DNA from: Thermoplasmata archaeon
Lineage (GTDB): Archaea; Thermoplasmatota; Thermoplasmata; Halarchaeoplasmatales; Halarchaeoplasmataceae
Assembly (NCBI GenBank): GCA_003560595.1
Contig: PWKY01000076.1
Span: 63 to 64,062, forward strand
DNA length: 64,000 bases
Direction: 5' to 3'
Below the pieces are notes generated by a model. The model was given only the letters and a program-made list of their open reading frames with translations. It ran no database searches and had not been told where the DNA came from. Shown in pieces: positions 1 through 9,904 of this stretch. Position numbers and translations under genes: made by a program. The first letter of the stretch is position 1. Every line of letters starts with the position of its first letter.

Positions 1-113
1 GTAAATTAGGTATACTATCGCAAAGTATAACGATCATTCTATTACCTCTTGATTAATAAACTATATTATCGAATATAAATGTTTCCTTTGGTCTGAGTAT
101 ATACTCTTTAAGT

Positions 114-127
114 AACTTTTATATACG
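114..127 (+). promoter_or_regulatory. Putative archaeal BRE/TATA element (AACTTTTATATACG) upstream of ileS; predicted TSS near 150
   Basis: A/T-rich TATA-like octamer preceded by a purine-rich BRE-like stretch. A near-identical motif (AACTTTCATATACGG) sits about 26 nt upstream of the cysS ATG. Confidence 0.4.
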
Positions 128-244
128 TCTCCCGCTTCCATTTTTCATCATGAACCGTACATGCATTAACTCAGGATTAATCATCATAAGATGAGTTGAC
201 GGTATGTTCGGTTCTCGTTTATCAGCATTTTTCGGGGATCGATT

Positions 245-3200
245 ATGAATAAAAAGGAACACCGCTTCGAACCACTCGACAAGGATACAATGTTCACGGA
301 GAAAGAGTTAGAAGTACTTAGGTTTTGGAAGGATAATAACATAGCAGAAATATCTCGCAGTCGAGAGAGGGACAAAAAGTTCGGTTTCACAGAAGGGCCT
401 CCCACCGCTAACGGACTTCCACACATCGGCCACGTGCTCACCAGGGTGGCAAAGGATGTGTATCTTAGGTATAAAACTATGGATGGATACCAGATCGTAC
501 CGAACATAGCTGGGTGGGATACCCACGGTCTTCCTGTAGAGATCGAAGTTGAAAAAGACCTGGGGATAGACTCGAAAGAGGAGATACTTGAATTTGGATT
601 GGAAAAATTCAACCGCATGTGCAAAGAGAGCGTCTTCAAATACGAAAAGGAATGGAGAGAGATGAGCGAGCGTATCGGATTCTGGATAGATTACGATAAC
701 GCTTACATAACCATGGAAGACGAATACATCGAAAGTGTCTGGTGGAGCCTCAAAGAGATCTGGAAAATGGGACTCCTGGAAGAAGGGCACAAAGTGGTCC
801 CTTACTGCCCTCGATGCGGTACACCACTATCTAGTCACGAGCAAGCACAGGGTTGGAAGCAGGTACGGGATCCATCCATATACATAAGGTTCAAATTGAA
901 GGACGAGGACGCATATCTCCTTGCCTGGACTACTACTCCCTGGACACTCATATCCAATCTATTACTCACCGTGGGAAAAGATCTAGATTACGCCTTGGTC
1001 GAGTATGAGGGCGAAAAGTATTACCTGGCTGAAAAATTGGTGGACGAGGTGTTCGAGGATGTCGAGGTGATCAAAACTGTGAAAGGAGAAGAACTTCTGG
1101 GAAAGGAATATGAACCCATATTCCCATACGTTACTTCTACCAGTAAGAGCCATTACGTCACCCACGCCGACTTCGTTAGCCTGGAAGATGGTACCGGTAT
1201 AGTACACATCGCTCCTGCATTCGGTGAGGACGACAGTCAGCTTTGCCAGGAAGAGGGAGTAGCACTGGTGAATCCAGTGGATGAGAACGGTAAATTCACA
1301 GAAGAAGTCGCAGATTACGCGGGAATATTCGTAAAGGACGCCGACGGACAGATAATGACTGATCTTTACGAACGAGGAGATCTGATAAAGAGAGCATCAA
1401 TCAAACATACCTACCCGTTCTGCTGGAGGTGTGATTCACCTTTACTTTACTACGCTCTAGAGAGCTGGTTCATACGTACATCCAAAGAAAAGCAGCGTTT
1501 GATAGATAATAACGAAAAAGTTAGGTGGAAACCCGAACATCTGAAGCACGGTAGGTTCGGCAATTTCCTCGACGAATTGAAAGATTGGTCCCTCAGCAGG
1601 AACAGATTCTGGGGTACACCCTTACCCATATGGATATGTTCGGAAGAACATCAGCACTGTGTAGGCAGTAAAGAGGAGCTGGAAGAGATGGCTACCGAAC
1701 CCCTGCCCGAGGACTTCGAGCTCCACCGTCCGTGGGTGGACAGGGTAAAACTGGAATGCCCGGAATGCGGTAAAGATATGAGCAGAGTTGAGTACGTTAT
1801 CGACTGCTGGTACGACAGCGGCAGCGCACCCTTCGCACAGTTCCACTACCCCTTCGAGAACAAAGAACGTTTCGAAGAGGCTTTTCCGATAGACTTTATA
1901 ACCGAAGCTCTAGACCAAACAAGAGGGTGGTTCTACAGTTTGCTGGCCATAAGCTCGTTATTGCACGATAAACCGGCTTACATGAGCTGCCTTACCCTCG
2001 GTCTTGTCCTTGATGAGGATGGGGAGAAGATGAGTAAAAGCAAGGGTAACGCGGTCGGTCCTATGGAAGCTATAGATAAACTAGGTTCAGATGCTATAAG
2101 ATTGTACTTCCTTAGCCTACCGGTATGGAGATCATCAAGGTTCAGCGAGGAACTGGTGAGAGAGAAGATAAGCAAGACTTTGAATACGTTGACCAACGTA
2201 GTTTCTTTCTTCGTCAGCAATGCAAACATAGACGGTTTCGTACCTGATGAGTTCGAAGTGGAAGATAAACTAGATAGGTGGCTGCTTTCAAAGAATCAGA
2301 GCCTGGTATTCGAAGTGAGAAAGTATCTGGATGACCTGGAGGTCCACAAAGCTACCAGAGCCATAGAAGGCTTCATCGATGACCTCAGTAACTGGTATCT
2401 GCGTAGAAGTAGAAGGCGGTTCTGGGAAGGAGATGAGAAAGACAAAGAGAGCGCTTACAACACTCTTTACACCTCTTTAAAAAATCTTACACTAGTGATG
2501 GCTCCGTTCACACCCTTCATCACCGAAAGGATATACCGTTCGCTCTTCAAGGTCACAGAGGATGAGGGATCCGTTCATCTATTGGAGTATCCGGAATTTG
2601 ACGGATCTATGGTTGATAGAGATCTGGAAAAGAAAATGTCTTACGTCATCCAGGTGGCCGAACTAGGTAGGAACGCCCGCCAGAAGAGTAACATAAAGCT
2701 CAGACAGCCTTTAAAGGAAGCATTCGTGGTCACTGATGATAAGGAAAAACAGCAGGCGATTCAGCACTTCAGTGAGGTACTGAAAGATGAATTGAACGTC
2801 AAGATACTGGAGGTCAAAAAGGACAGATCCTCTTTCATGAAATTCGTAGTCAGCCCCAACTTTTCGTCCCTAGGACCTAGATTCAAAGGAGACGCTGGAA
2901 AGGTAGCTGCTATGATCGAACAAGCGGATAAAGAAAAGGTGGTAGAAGCTGTATCAGATGAAAGAGACATCGAAATAGATGGATACACGCTTATACCTGA
3001 AGACTTCAAAGTTGAAAAGGAGTTAGCAGAGGGTTATACCCTCAGCGAAAACGGAGAGCTCAATGTCTTCATCAACACCGTTCTGGATGAAGAACTTATC
3101 AACGAAGGTTTGGCAAGGGACGTCGTAAGGCGTATACAGACCATGAGGAAAGAGATGGACCTGGGTTACACTCAGAACATACACACTAGATACGAAGGTG

Positions 3201-3358
3201 ATGAGAAGATAACAGAAGCCGTCAAGGTGATGAAAGAGTATATCTCACGTGAAACACTCTCAAAAACACTAGAAGAAGGAAAGGGAAACGGTTACGATAA
3301 AGACTGGGATATAGATGGTATGATCATCACTCTAAACGTAGAAGCGATCGATGGATAA
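245..3358 (+). CDS. ileS: Isoleucyl-tRNA synthetase (class I, archaeal type)
   Basis: 1037-aa ORF with HIGH-like motif (PHIGHVLT), KMSKS (KMSKSKGN), an editing domain and a zinc-binding C-terminal region. TAA stop. Confidence 0.95.
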   Translation: MNKKEHRFEPLDKDTMFTEKELEVLRFWKDNNIAEISRSRERDKKFGFTEGPPTANGLPHIGHVLTRVAKDVYLRYKTMDGYQIVPNIAGWDTHGLPVEIEVEKDLGIDSKEEILEFGLEKFNRMCKESVFKYEKEWREMSERIGFWIDYDNAYITMEDEYIESVWWSLKEIWKMGLLEEGHKVVPYCPRCGTPLSSHEQAQGWKQVRDPSIYIRFKLKDEDAYLLAWTTTPWTLISNLLLTVGKDLDYALVEYEGEKYYLAEKLVDEVFEDVEVIKTVKGEELLGKEYEPIFPYVTSTSKSHYVTHADFVSLEDGTGIVHIAPAFGEDDSQLCQEEGVALVNPVDENGKFTEEVADYAGIFVKDADGQIMTDLYERGDLIKRASIKHTYPFCWRCDSPLLYYALESWFIRTSKEKQRLIDNNEKVRWKPEHLKHGRFGNFLDELKDWSLSRNRFWGTPLPIWICSEEHQHCVGSKEELEEMATEPLPEDFELHRPWVDRVKLECPECGKDMSRVEYVIDCWYDSGSAPFAQFHYPFENKERFEEAFPIDFITEALDQTRGWFYSLLAISSLLHDKPAYMSCLTLGLVLDEDGEKMSKSKGNAVGPMEAIDKLGSDAIRLYFLSLPVWRSSRFSEELVREKISKTLNTLTNVVSFFVSNANIDGFVPDEFEVEDKLDRWLLSKNQSLVFEVRKYLDDLEVHKATRAIEGFIDDLSNWYLRRSRRRFWEGDEKDKESAYNTLYTSLKNLTLVMAPFTPFITERIYRSLFKVTEDEGSVHLLEYPEFDGSMVDRDLEKKMSYVIQVAELGRNARQKSNIKLRQPLKEAFVVTDDKEKQQAIQHFSEVLKDELNVKILEVKKDRSSFMKFVVSPNFSSLGPRFKGDAGKVAAMIEQADKEKVVEAVSDERDIEIDGYTLIPEDFKVEKELAEGYTLSENGELNVFINTVLDEELINEGLARDVVRRIQTMRKEMDLGYTQNIHTRYEGDEKITEAVKVMKEYISRETLSKTLEEGKGNGYDKDWDIDGMIITLNVEAIDG

Positions 3359-3398
3359 AAGATATAAACACCAACACAGATGATAGGAAGGTAATCAG

Positions 3399-3818
3399 AT
3401 GGATGAAGTGGAATTAGTTGTAAAAAAAAGGAATAGCTTGTTCAGGTTTCCCGAGGACATGGAGTATAGAGACCTGGCACCGGTATTTCCTGAGTTGTTA
3501 GACTTGTTCATGAGGATCTCGGATCAGTATCCAGAGGATAGTGGAGAGGAGTACATGGAGATGCTCATACGTTTGAACCTGAAGGACCTTACGCAAAATA
3601 AAAAGCCCATGGGGCATAACAGGGAAGCAAGATACAGGATGATATTTCCACAGGAAAGCGATAGGGTAGAATTTTTTGTTTATCCCAGGATATCTGAAGA
3701 CGAATCGGAAATCGATGTTATCACCCAGAAGTTGAGTGACTTTTTTGATGATAAGGATATCGAGCACGAGATCATCTGGGATCAGATGCGCTCTTTGATG
3801 AAAGAAGAAAAGATATGA
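3399..3818 (+). CDS. Hypothetical acidic protein (139 aa)
   Basis: Intact ORF immediately downstream of ileS. No recognisable motif. Confidence 0.35.
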   Translation: MDEVELVVKKRNSLFRFPEDMEYRDLAPVFPELLDLFMRISDQYPEDSGEEYMEMLIRLNLKDLTQNKKPMGHNREARYRMIFPQESDRVEFFVYPRISEDESEIDVITQKLSDFFDDKDIEHEIIWDQMRSLMKEEKI

Positions 3819-3820
3819 GT

Positions 3821-5809
3821 CTATCGGTCAAAGAATGATCTACAAACAGAATTCAGTTCGTCAGTAGAATTGTAAAGAAAATCCGAGGGCATGGATTTTT
3901 TGTAGCGTGAATAGTTGAATCTTTTGTCCATCAAAACGATGACCGCCTTATCTTCTTTTGACCGTATAGACCGACCGGCTGCTTGAAGTACTCTATTCAA
4001 TGCAGGGTATATCCTGGTATAATCGTATCCCTTCTGCCTTCCGAACTTGTTTGTATAGTAATCTTGTAAAGCGTCTAACTCTAATGATGGGGGTGGGAAG
4101 GGGATGCCTATTATAAGTACGCTGGATAATATATTGTTACGGTAATCAACTCCCTCGGACAGGCTTCCTCCTTGAACACCGATCAACAGTTTATCGTTGT
4201 TGATGTGCAGCTTATTTACCATCTCTTCTTTATCACGTTTTCCCAGTGAACGCTCTTCGATCAACATCTGTTTTTCAAGATGCACACGTTCCAAACGATC
4301 GATTATCTTGTTCATCAAGCTGTAGGATGGGAAGAAAGCCGCCACGTTACCTGGCGTGTTGTTGCACACATCGGCTATGGCATTGGCATAGGCTTGGTAC
4401 ATTGGTATGCTTCTCTCTTTGTAAGAAGTTGTCAGGTTGCTAACGCTGACCACCTCCCGGTTCTCAGGTGGGAAGGGAGAACTGTATCTTTTTATGATCG
4501 GTTCATCTATTCCCAAAAGATCGGCATACATCTCACCAGGGTGAAGGGTACCGCTCATTAGTACTGCTCCCGGTGTTCGATCGAATACCTCTGCAGATAA
4601 GTATGCCGGATCGAGTAAACTCACTCGTAATGTTGGCGGGTCGGGTTCGAAACTTCTGAACACCTCCTTTCCCTCGTGCTGCCACTGGCTCAAAAAGGAT
4701 ACCAAATGTAATGGGGCGGTTGCTGCGGAATCCCGTTCGATCAGTGCAACCGCTTGTTCGTTCAAATCAGGTATCAGTGATCCAACGTCTTCGTACCTGC
4801 CGAATCCTCCTCTCAAAGCAACATCCACCTTATCGTCGAAAAATTCCTTATCAATCACTTTCTTATTTTCCTTAACACCCGCCAGTTCGTTCATCAACCG
4901 CTTGATGAAACCAGCGAGTTCTGCGTTTTGATCGTTAAGAAGTGCGAAGGCTTCGCTGAGTAACGGCAGTGATATCTCCTCGTTTAGATGTGCCCTTACT
5001 CTGTCTGGAAGATTATGTGCCTCGTCAACGATGAGATATATATCATCTAACTCTGCCTCTACGGTTTTGAGTACAGTTTCCCGAATATCCGAGAATACGT
5101 AGTTATAGTCACAGACCACTACCTGGGCATCCTGGGCAGCCTGGAGGGCCGCCTTGTGAGGACATACACCTTTACGATAACAAGTTCTTGTTAATTCATC
5201 CACATGGAGGGGTCTTTTTTTGAGTTTGTCCACTACCTTATCCATCTTTTTACCGTACGTATTACAGCGGTTGTTTCCCGCTTCACTGCAGAAGCGTTCG
5301 AAGGCCGCGTAGGGTAAGGATCGGGATTCCTCTAGTGGGCACATATGTTGTTTAGATATCACGTCCACCGCGGAGATGTCTTTACGAAGATCCCTGACCG
5401 TGTCGATGGCCATACGATGCTGGGATTGCTTACTTGTCAAGAAAAATATCTTTTCATCGTCTGCGGCTTTAACGACGGCGGTCAGTGCCGCGACGGTCTT
5501 TCCTATACCGGTGGGTGCATGGGCCAATAATATCTTTCCTTCCTTGAAAGCATGTTCTGAATCCTCCATGAATTGCTTCTGACCGCTGCGTATATTCTTG
5601 TATGGAAATATCCCTACACCACCCTCTCTTAACTCGGGAGAAGAAGTTTTAACCCTGTGGTTAGCATCGGATCTATTGCACTTTGGGCAGTCGTCTGAAT
5701 TGGGAGGTAACATGGTACTACATCGGCTGCAAAATCCCGGCATCAAAACACCCAAAAGGACATGATTATTATTACTTTTGGATTTGGATACACCAAAGTC
5801 CCGCAACAA
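3821..5809 (-). CDS. XPD/Rad3-family Fe-S DNA helicase with N-terminal zinc-ribbon extension
   Basis: Walker A APTGIGKT, DEAH-like box (VDEAHNL), and Cys residues in the helicase domain 1 insertion consistent with a 4Fe-4S cluster. N-terminal CSRC...CPKC ribbon. TAG stop. Confidence 0.7.
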   Translation of the reverse strand: MLRDFGVSKSKSNNNHVLLGVLMPGFCSRCSTMLPPNSDDCPKCNRSDANHRVKTSSPELREGGVGIFPYKNIRSGQKQFMEDSEHAFKEGKILLAHAPTGIGKTVAALTAVVKAADDEKIFFLTSKQSQHRMAIDTVRDLRKDISAVDVISKQHMCPLEESRSLPYAAFERFCSEAGNNRCNTYGKKMDKVVDKLKKRPLHVDELTRTCYRKGVCPHKAALQAAQDAQVVVCDYNYVFSDIRETVLKTVEAELDDIYLIVDEAHNLPDRVRAHLNEEISLPLLSEAFALLNDQNAELAGFIKRLMNELAGVKENKKVIDKEFFDDKVDVALRGGFGRYEDVGSLIPDLNEQAVALIERDSAATAPLHLVSFLSQWQHEGKEVFRSFEPDPPTLRVSLLDPAYLSAEVFDRTPGAVLMSGTLHPGEMYADLLGIDEPIIKRYSSPFPPENREVVSVSNLTTSYKERSIPMYQAYANAIADVCNNTPGNVAAFFPSYSLMNKIIDRLERVHLEKQMLIEERSLGKRDKEEMVNKLHINNDKLLIGVQGGSLSEGVDYRNNILSSVLIIGIPFPPPSLELDALQDYYTNKFGRQKGYDYTRIYPALNRVLQAAGRSIRSKEDKAVIVLMDKRFNYSRYKKSMPSDFLYNSTDELNSVCRSFFDR

Positions 5810-5859
5810 ATAATAAATAAAGAGTGCAGGATACGAAAGTCGAACAAAGGTGTTAATCG

Positions 5860-6051
5860 ATGGAATGTAAAAAAGAAGATAACATGGAAAGGTGCAACTG
5901 TAGCTATCCTGGATGCCCTCGTAAGGGTATATGTTGCGAATGTCTGGCCTATCATCTATCTAACAACCAACTGCCGGCATGCGCTTTCCCTGATGATGTA
6001 GAGAAGACCTACGACCGTTCATTTTCCAAATTCGCCGAGATACATGGTTGA
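5860..6051 (+). CDS. Small cysteine-rich protein (63 aa; CxC..C..CCxC..C pattern)
   Basis: Nine Cys in 63 aa in a regular pattern ([17 protein letters not shown]...PAC). Looks like a conserved small metal-binding protein rather than a spurious ORF. Confidence 0.45.
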   Translation: MECKKEDNMERCNCSYPGCPRKGICCECLAYHLSNNQLPACAFPDDVEKTYDRSFSKFAEIHG

Positions 6052-6652
6052 GATCGAGAGTATAATAGCCAGAGGTTTTTCCTCTAACGTTTTCATCGTT
6101 AAAGGAGAGAAAAACTTCATCGTGGATACCGGTTTAGGGGATGAAATGATCGATGGAATTCGGGGGGATGTAGATTGCATATTACTCACACATAGACATT
6201 TCGACCACACCGGTAATTTAGAGAAGATGATGGAGTTATTAGATGTACCGGCCTACGCTTATCACTTGGAAGCCGAGGCTCTGAGGAAGGCTGACGACCG
6301 GACTATACTTTCAAGTAGTTTCGGTACCCGGATGCCCGAAATAGACGTTAAGGATCTGAACGATAATACTTTCGGTGGTTTCGAAGTTATCCATACACCG
6401 GGCCATACAGACGGAAGCATCTGTCTCTATCATCGAGATGAGAAGATACTTATATCCGGGGATACGGTATTCCCAGGGGGCGGGGTAGGGCGAACGGACT
6501 TACCGACAGGTGATATGGTAAAATTGATCGATTCAGTGAAGAGATTAAAAGAGTACGACGTTGAGTCTATCTACTCTGGCCATGGATATGTTGTAGAAGA
6601 AGACGGCAGCAGACATATCGACCTATCTTTGAGGAATATATCATACCTGTGA
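6044..6652 (+). CDS. Metallo-beta-lactamase fold hydrolase
   Basis: HRHFDHTG (HxHxDH) motif, plus downstream His and Asp residues typical of the MBL fold. Confidence 0.75.
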   Translation: MVEIESIIARGFSSNVFIVKGEKNFIVDTGLGDEMIDGIRGDVDCILLTHRHFDHTGNLEKMMELLDVPAYAYHLEAEALRKADDRTILSSSFGTRMPEIDVKDLNDNTFGGFEVIHTPGHTDGSICLYHRDEKILISGDTVFPGGGVGRTDLPTGDMVKLIDSVKRLKEYDVESIYSGHGYVVEEDGSRHIDLSLRNISYL

Positions 6653-6661
6653 GGAATAGAC

Positions 6662-7267
6662 ATGGAGATCAAATGCAGTAAAGAAGAATGTAAGGGCAAG
6701 AATATCGAAAACATACTGACCATGGTCAACGAGGTGCTTAGTATGGGTGAGTTGATAGTTTATCCTACAGAAACTCTTTACGGTCTTGGAGTTGACGCTA
6801 CAAAGCCAGAATTGATAGACAAAGTCAGAGATATAAAAGGTACTCCCAGGGGGCAAGGGATATCCATAGCATATCTAGATATAGAACATGCTGTAGAATA
6901 TCTTGGAGATATACCAGAGCTTGCATGGGATTTAGCTAAAAGATTTACACCAGGTCCCTTAACCATAGTTATAGAAAAAGAAGGTAAAACCGAAGGGATA
7001 AGGATACCAAACCACCCACTGACCAGACAGATTATCGAAGATTTCGGACCTATCACCTCCACTAGTGCTAACAAGCACGGTGCACCCTCGCCAATAGATA
7101 CCAGTACCGCAAAAACACAGTTGGGTGACGATGTACGGTTGTACTTGAACTGCGGGAAGTGTGAGATAGGCAAGGGGACGACCGTGGTGAAAGTTGACGA
7201 TAGAGTAGAGATCCTGCGGGAAGGTTCTATTTCAAAAGAAGAACTAGGTGATGTTGTTGGCTGTTGA
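6662..7267 (+). CDS. Sua5/YrdC-domain protein (threonylcarbamoyl-AMP synthase, TsaC-like)
   Basis: About 200 aa with a YrdC-like signature (LIVYPTETLYGLGVDA ... TSTSAN). Overlaps map by 20 nt. Confidence 0.75.
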   Translation: MEIKCSKEECKGKNIENILTMVNEVLSMGELIVYPTETLYGLGVDATKPELIDKVRDIKGTPRGQGISIAYLDIEHAVEYLGDIPELAWDLAKRFTPGPLTIVIEKEGKTEGIRIPNHPLTRQIIEDFGPITSTSANKHGAPSPIDTSTAKTQLGDDVRLYLNCGKCEIGKGTTVVKVDDRVEILREGSISKEELGDVVGC

Positions 7268-8141
7268 TGTTATCAAAAAATATCTGAAGGCAGGTAAAGC
7301 TGCTAGAAAGGCGCTTGTAAGAGGGACAGAAGTCTGTAAAGTGGGTACCTCCTACTTCGAAGTTGTCAAAGAAGTTGAAAGCGCTATCGCCGAAGAAGGT
7401 GCTTTTCCAGCATTTCCTGTGAACGTGAGTGTCAATCACATAGGTGCACACTATACTCCTTATCCCGGTGACGGTAAGGTTTTCAAGAAAGGGGATGTTG
7501 TGAAAATCGACGTTGGATGCCATGTAGACGGATACATAGCAGATAACGCCGCTACCGTGGAGTTGGAAACAAAAAGATATACCGATCTTATAGAGGCAGC
7601 GGAAGAAGCTCTTTCAGTGGCGATCAAAACCATAAGAGAAGGTGTCAAAACCGGAGATGTCGGGAAAAACATAGAGTCAGTGATCAATAATAGAGGCTAC
7701 CGGCCGATAAAGAATCTTTCCGGACATGCCATAGAAAGGTATGAACTCCATTCGGGATTATCGATTCCTAATGTAGGTAGAGGTAGAGATAAGATACAAA
7801 AAGGTATGATACTGGCTGTTGAGCCCTTCGCTACAGATGGTAAGGGTAAGGTGGTAAATGGTAGGTCTAGTGAGATCTTACGTCTAAGAGGAGAAAGGCG
7901 TCTAAAAGGTGAAGATTTAGAGTTCTATCGTTGGCTGAAGAATACCTTCGATGATCTACCTTTTGCATCCTACTGGTGTAGATCCTATGGTAAGGAATAT
8001 CAAAGATTGTTGAAAAGGGTAAAACGTTTCGGAGCTGTCATGGCTTATCCGATACTGGTAGAAGCAAATAATGGTATCATAACACAAAGAGAAGATACGA
8101 TGATCGTGACTTCGAAGGGTGCGAGGGTTATCACCAAATAA
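7248..8141 (+). CDS. map: Methionine aminopeptidase, type 2 (archaeal)
   Basis: 297 aa with pita-bread fold motifs (VKIDVGCHVDGYIAD, HSG..I, ILAVEPF). Confidence 0.9.
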   Translation: MMLLAVDVIKKYLKAGKAARKALVRGTEVCKVGTSYFEVVKEVESAIAEEGAFPAFPVNVSVNHIGAHYTPYPGDGKVFKKGDVVKIDVGCHVDGYIADNAATVELETKRYTDLIEAAEEALSVAIKTIREGVKTGDVGKNIESVINNRGYRPIKNLSGHAIERYELHSGLSIPNVGRGRDKIQKGMILAVEPFATDGKGKVVNGRSSEILRLRGERRLKGEDLEFYRWLKNTFDDLPFASYWCRSYGKEYQRLLKRVKRFGAVMAYPILVEANNGIITQREDTMIVTSKGARVITK

Positions 8142-8142
8142 T

Positions 8143-8844
8143 TCACATCTTCTTTTTCCAATCTTCCATAATCGTTTTACTCTTGAATATTTTATCCCAA
8201 TCCTCGTCGTAGTGTGGGTTTGTGATGGTGACCAAAAAGATCACGAAGATGAATGCCAAGATGAAGGGTACAACTACCACACCAGAGATTGTGAGAAATT
8301 CTGCACGTATAATAATCTTTGAAAGGCTATCTGCAGGGGTAGGATGCATAGCAAGTTTACCGAACCATAGAAGAACGGTGAGGGTAAATAACCATACATA
8401 AACCCGCCTTAAACGGTGGGAGATGGCATGCCAGTATGGGATCTTGAAATGAGGTGATCTAAGGTCCTCAGCAAGGAGTTTCAGCCATTCCCTACTGGTT
8501 ACTTCGATATCCGGATCTAGAGTTCTAGATATATAATCCGTTTCCAACGCCCTGACTCGGCTGTGCCACACGTTGTAATACATGAACCTTCGGGCCTCTA
8601 TACCCAATAATATTGCTATAAATAGTAATGCAAACAAAAGAAGTTCATGGGGGTGATGTGGGTCGGAAAAAGTCCAGGTTATCAAAGCGGAAAGGATCAG
8701 TATCGCCCAGTTAGTGGATGTGTCTAATCGGGTACGCCAAGTATAGGAACGCTGCATCTCACCCCTGTACAAGTGGGCGATAGTGGTAGATATGTCAGCG
8801 CTAGATTGCTGTTCTATAAAATCTTCAGGGTCCAAATCCTTCAT
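8143..8844 (-). CDS. Integral membrane protein (DUF2270-like)
   Basis: Four or more hydrophobic segments. Conserved-looking cytoplasmic N-terminus. Confidence 0.45.
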   Translation of the reverse strand: MKDLDPEDFIEQQSSADISTTIAHLYRGEMQRSYTWRTRLDTSTNWAILILSALITWTFSDPHHPHELLLFALLFIAILLGIEARRFMYYNVWHSRVRALETDYISRTLDPDIEVTSREWLKLLAEDLRSPHFKIPYWHAISHRLRRVYVWLFTLTVLLWFGKLAMHPTPADSLSKIIIRAEFLTISGVVVVPFILAFIFVIFLVTITNPHYDEDWDKIFKSKTIMEDWKKKM

Positions 8845-8887
8845 CGTCCAACCATATTGAGAACGGGTATTTAACGATTGACCTCTT

Positions 8888-9790
8888 TTATTGGTGTGCG
8901 AGGCCTATGATTTCATCCAAAGATCCGTATCCTTCCTGGTCTAGGAGCTCTATCATCTCGGAACTTATCTTTTCTGCAGCATCAAGACCGCGATAGTATA
9001 TCGAGGAGCCGAGCTGAAGAGCTGAAGAACCGGCCATGAAGTACTCTAGCGCATCTCGACCGGTTGTTACACCGCCACAACCTATGACGGGTATGTCAAC
9101 ACTCTTGTACACGTCGAAAACACATCGCAAGCCGATGGGTTTTATGCCCGGCCCGCTGTATCCTCCATACAAATTACCCAAAACAGGTCGGCCGGTTTCG
9201 TAGTTGATAGCCATAGATTTTACGGTATTGATAGCTACGATCCCATGAGCACCGGCATCTTCAACCACTTGTGATATAGTCACCATGTCAGACATCGGAG
9301 GTAGTTTAGGAAATACTGGTACATCTACATTTTTAACCACGTTTTCAACTATATCTCTAACCAATCCTACATCGGAACCTACGGAGGCACCATATCCTTC
9401 TGCATGAGGACAACTTAGGTTCAACTCTACCGCAGAAACTCCATGGTCCTCCATCTTTTTTGACAATCCTACAAAGTGATCTGTATTGGACGCATAAACG
9501 CTACCGATGATCGGTTTGTTGGGAATGAATTTACCGAGCTCTTTGCAAAATTCATCTATGCCAGGGTTAGGAAGGCCCATGGCGTTTAATATCCCTGTTT
9601 CTACGTCAACTATAGATGGATTGGGATGTCCTTCTCTTGAATCAGATCCCACGGATTTAGTGACTACGCCACCCATCCCCATCTCTATCATTTTTTCAAG
9701 GGATCCCGCTGTTTGGCCCATTATTCCAGATGCAAGTATCAAAGGTGGTTCAAAGGTTAAGCCCGCTAGGTTTGTTTTTAAATGCACCAT
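8888..9790 (-). CDS. pyrD: Dihydroorotate dehydrogenase, class 1 catalytic subunit
   Basis: TIM-barrel DHOD motifs (GIMGQ, LNLSCPH, GCGGV). No pyrK partner in the window. Confidence 0.85.
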   Translation of the reverse strand: MVHLKTNLAGLTFEPPLILASGIMGQTAGSLEKMIEMGMGGVVTKSVGSDSREGHPNPSIVDVETGILNAMGLPNPGIDEFCKELGKFIPNKPIIGSVYASNTDHFVGLSKKMEDHGVSAVELNLSCPHAEGYGASVGSDVGLVRDIVENVVKNVDVPVFPKLPPMSDMVTISQVVEDAGAHGIVAINTVKSMAINYETGRPVLGNLYGGYSGPGIKPIGLRCVFDVYKSVDIPVIGCGGVTTGRDALEYFMAGSSALQLGSSIYYRGLDAAEKISSEMIELLDQEGYGSLDEIIGLAHQ

Positions 9791-9904
9791 GTATTACCCC
9801 ATATAACATACCCTCTTTAACTTTTTTTGGAGATACAGCGATGATATTCAATCGATAAGATTATATGCAGTCCTTTCTTTTAGGGCAGACACAGGTCTTA
9901 CAAA

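Noticed and set aside
1-113. Possible ncRNA in the first 113 nt upstream of the ileS promoter
   Set aside because: The region is A/T-rich with no convincing stable structure or recognisable RNA family motif. The window edge prevents assessment.
184-790. Antisense ORFs 184..639 and 308..790 opposite the ileS 5' region, and many similar antisense ORFs inside rad50, hppA, the TldD genes, DHPS and others
   Set aside because: These are low-complexity Ser/Leu-rich translations nested in strongly supported genes on the other strand. They are typical antisense artefacts.
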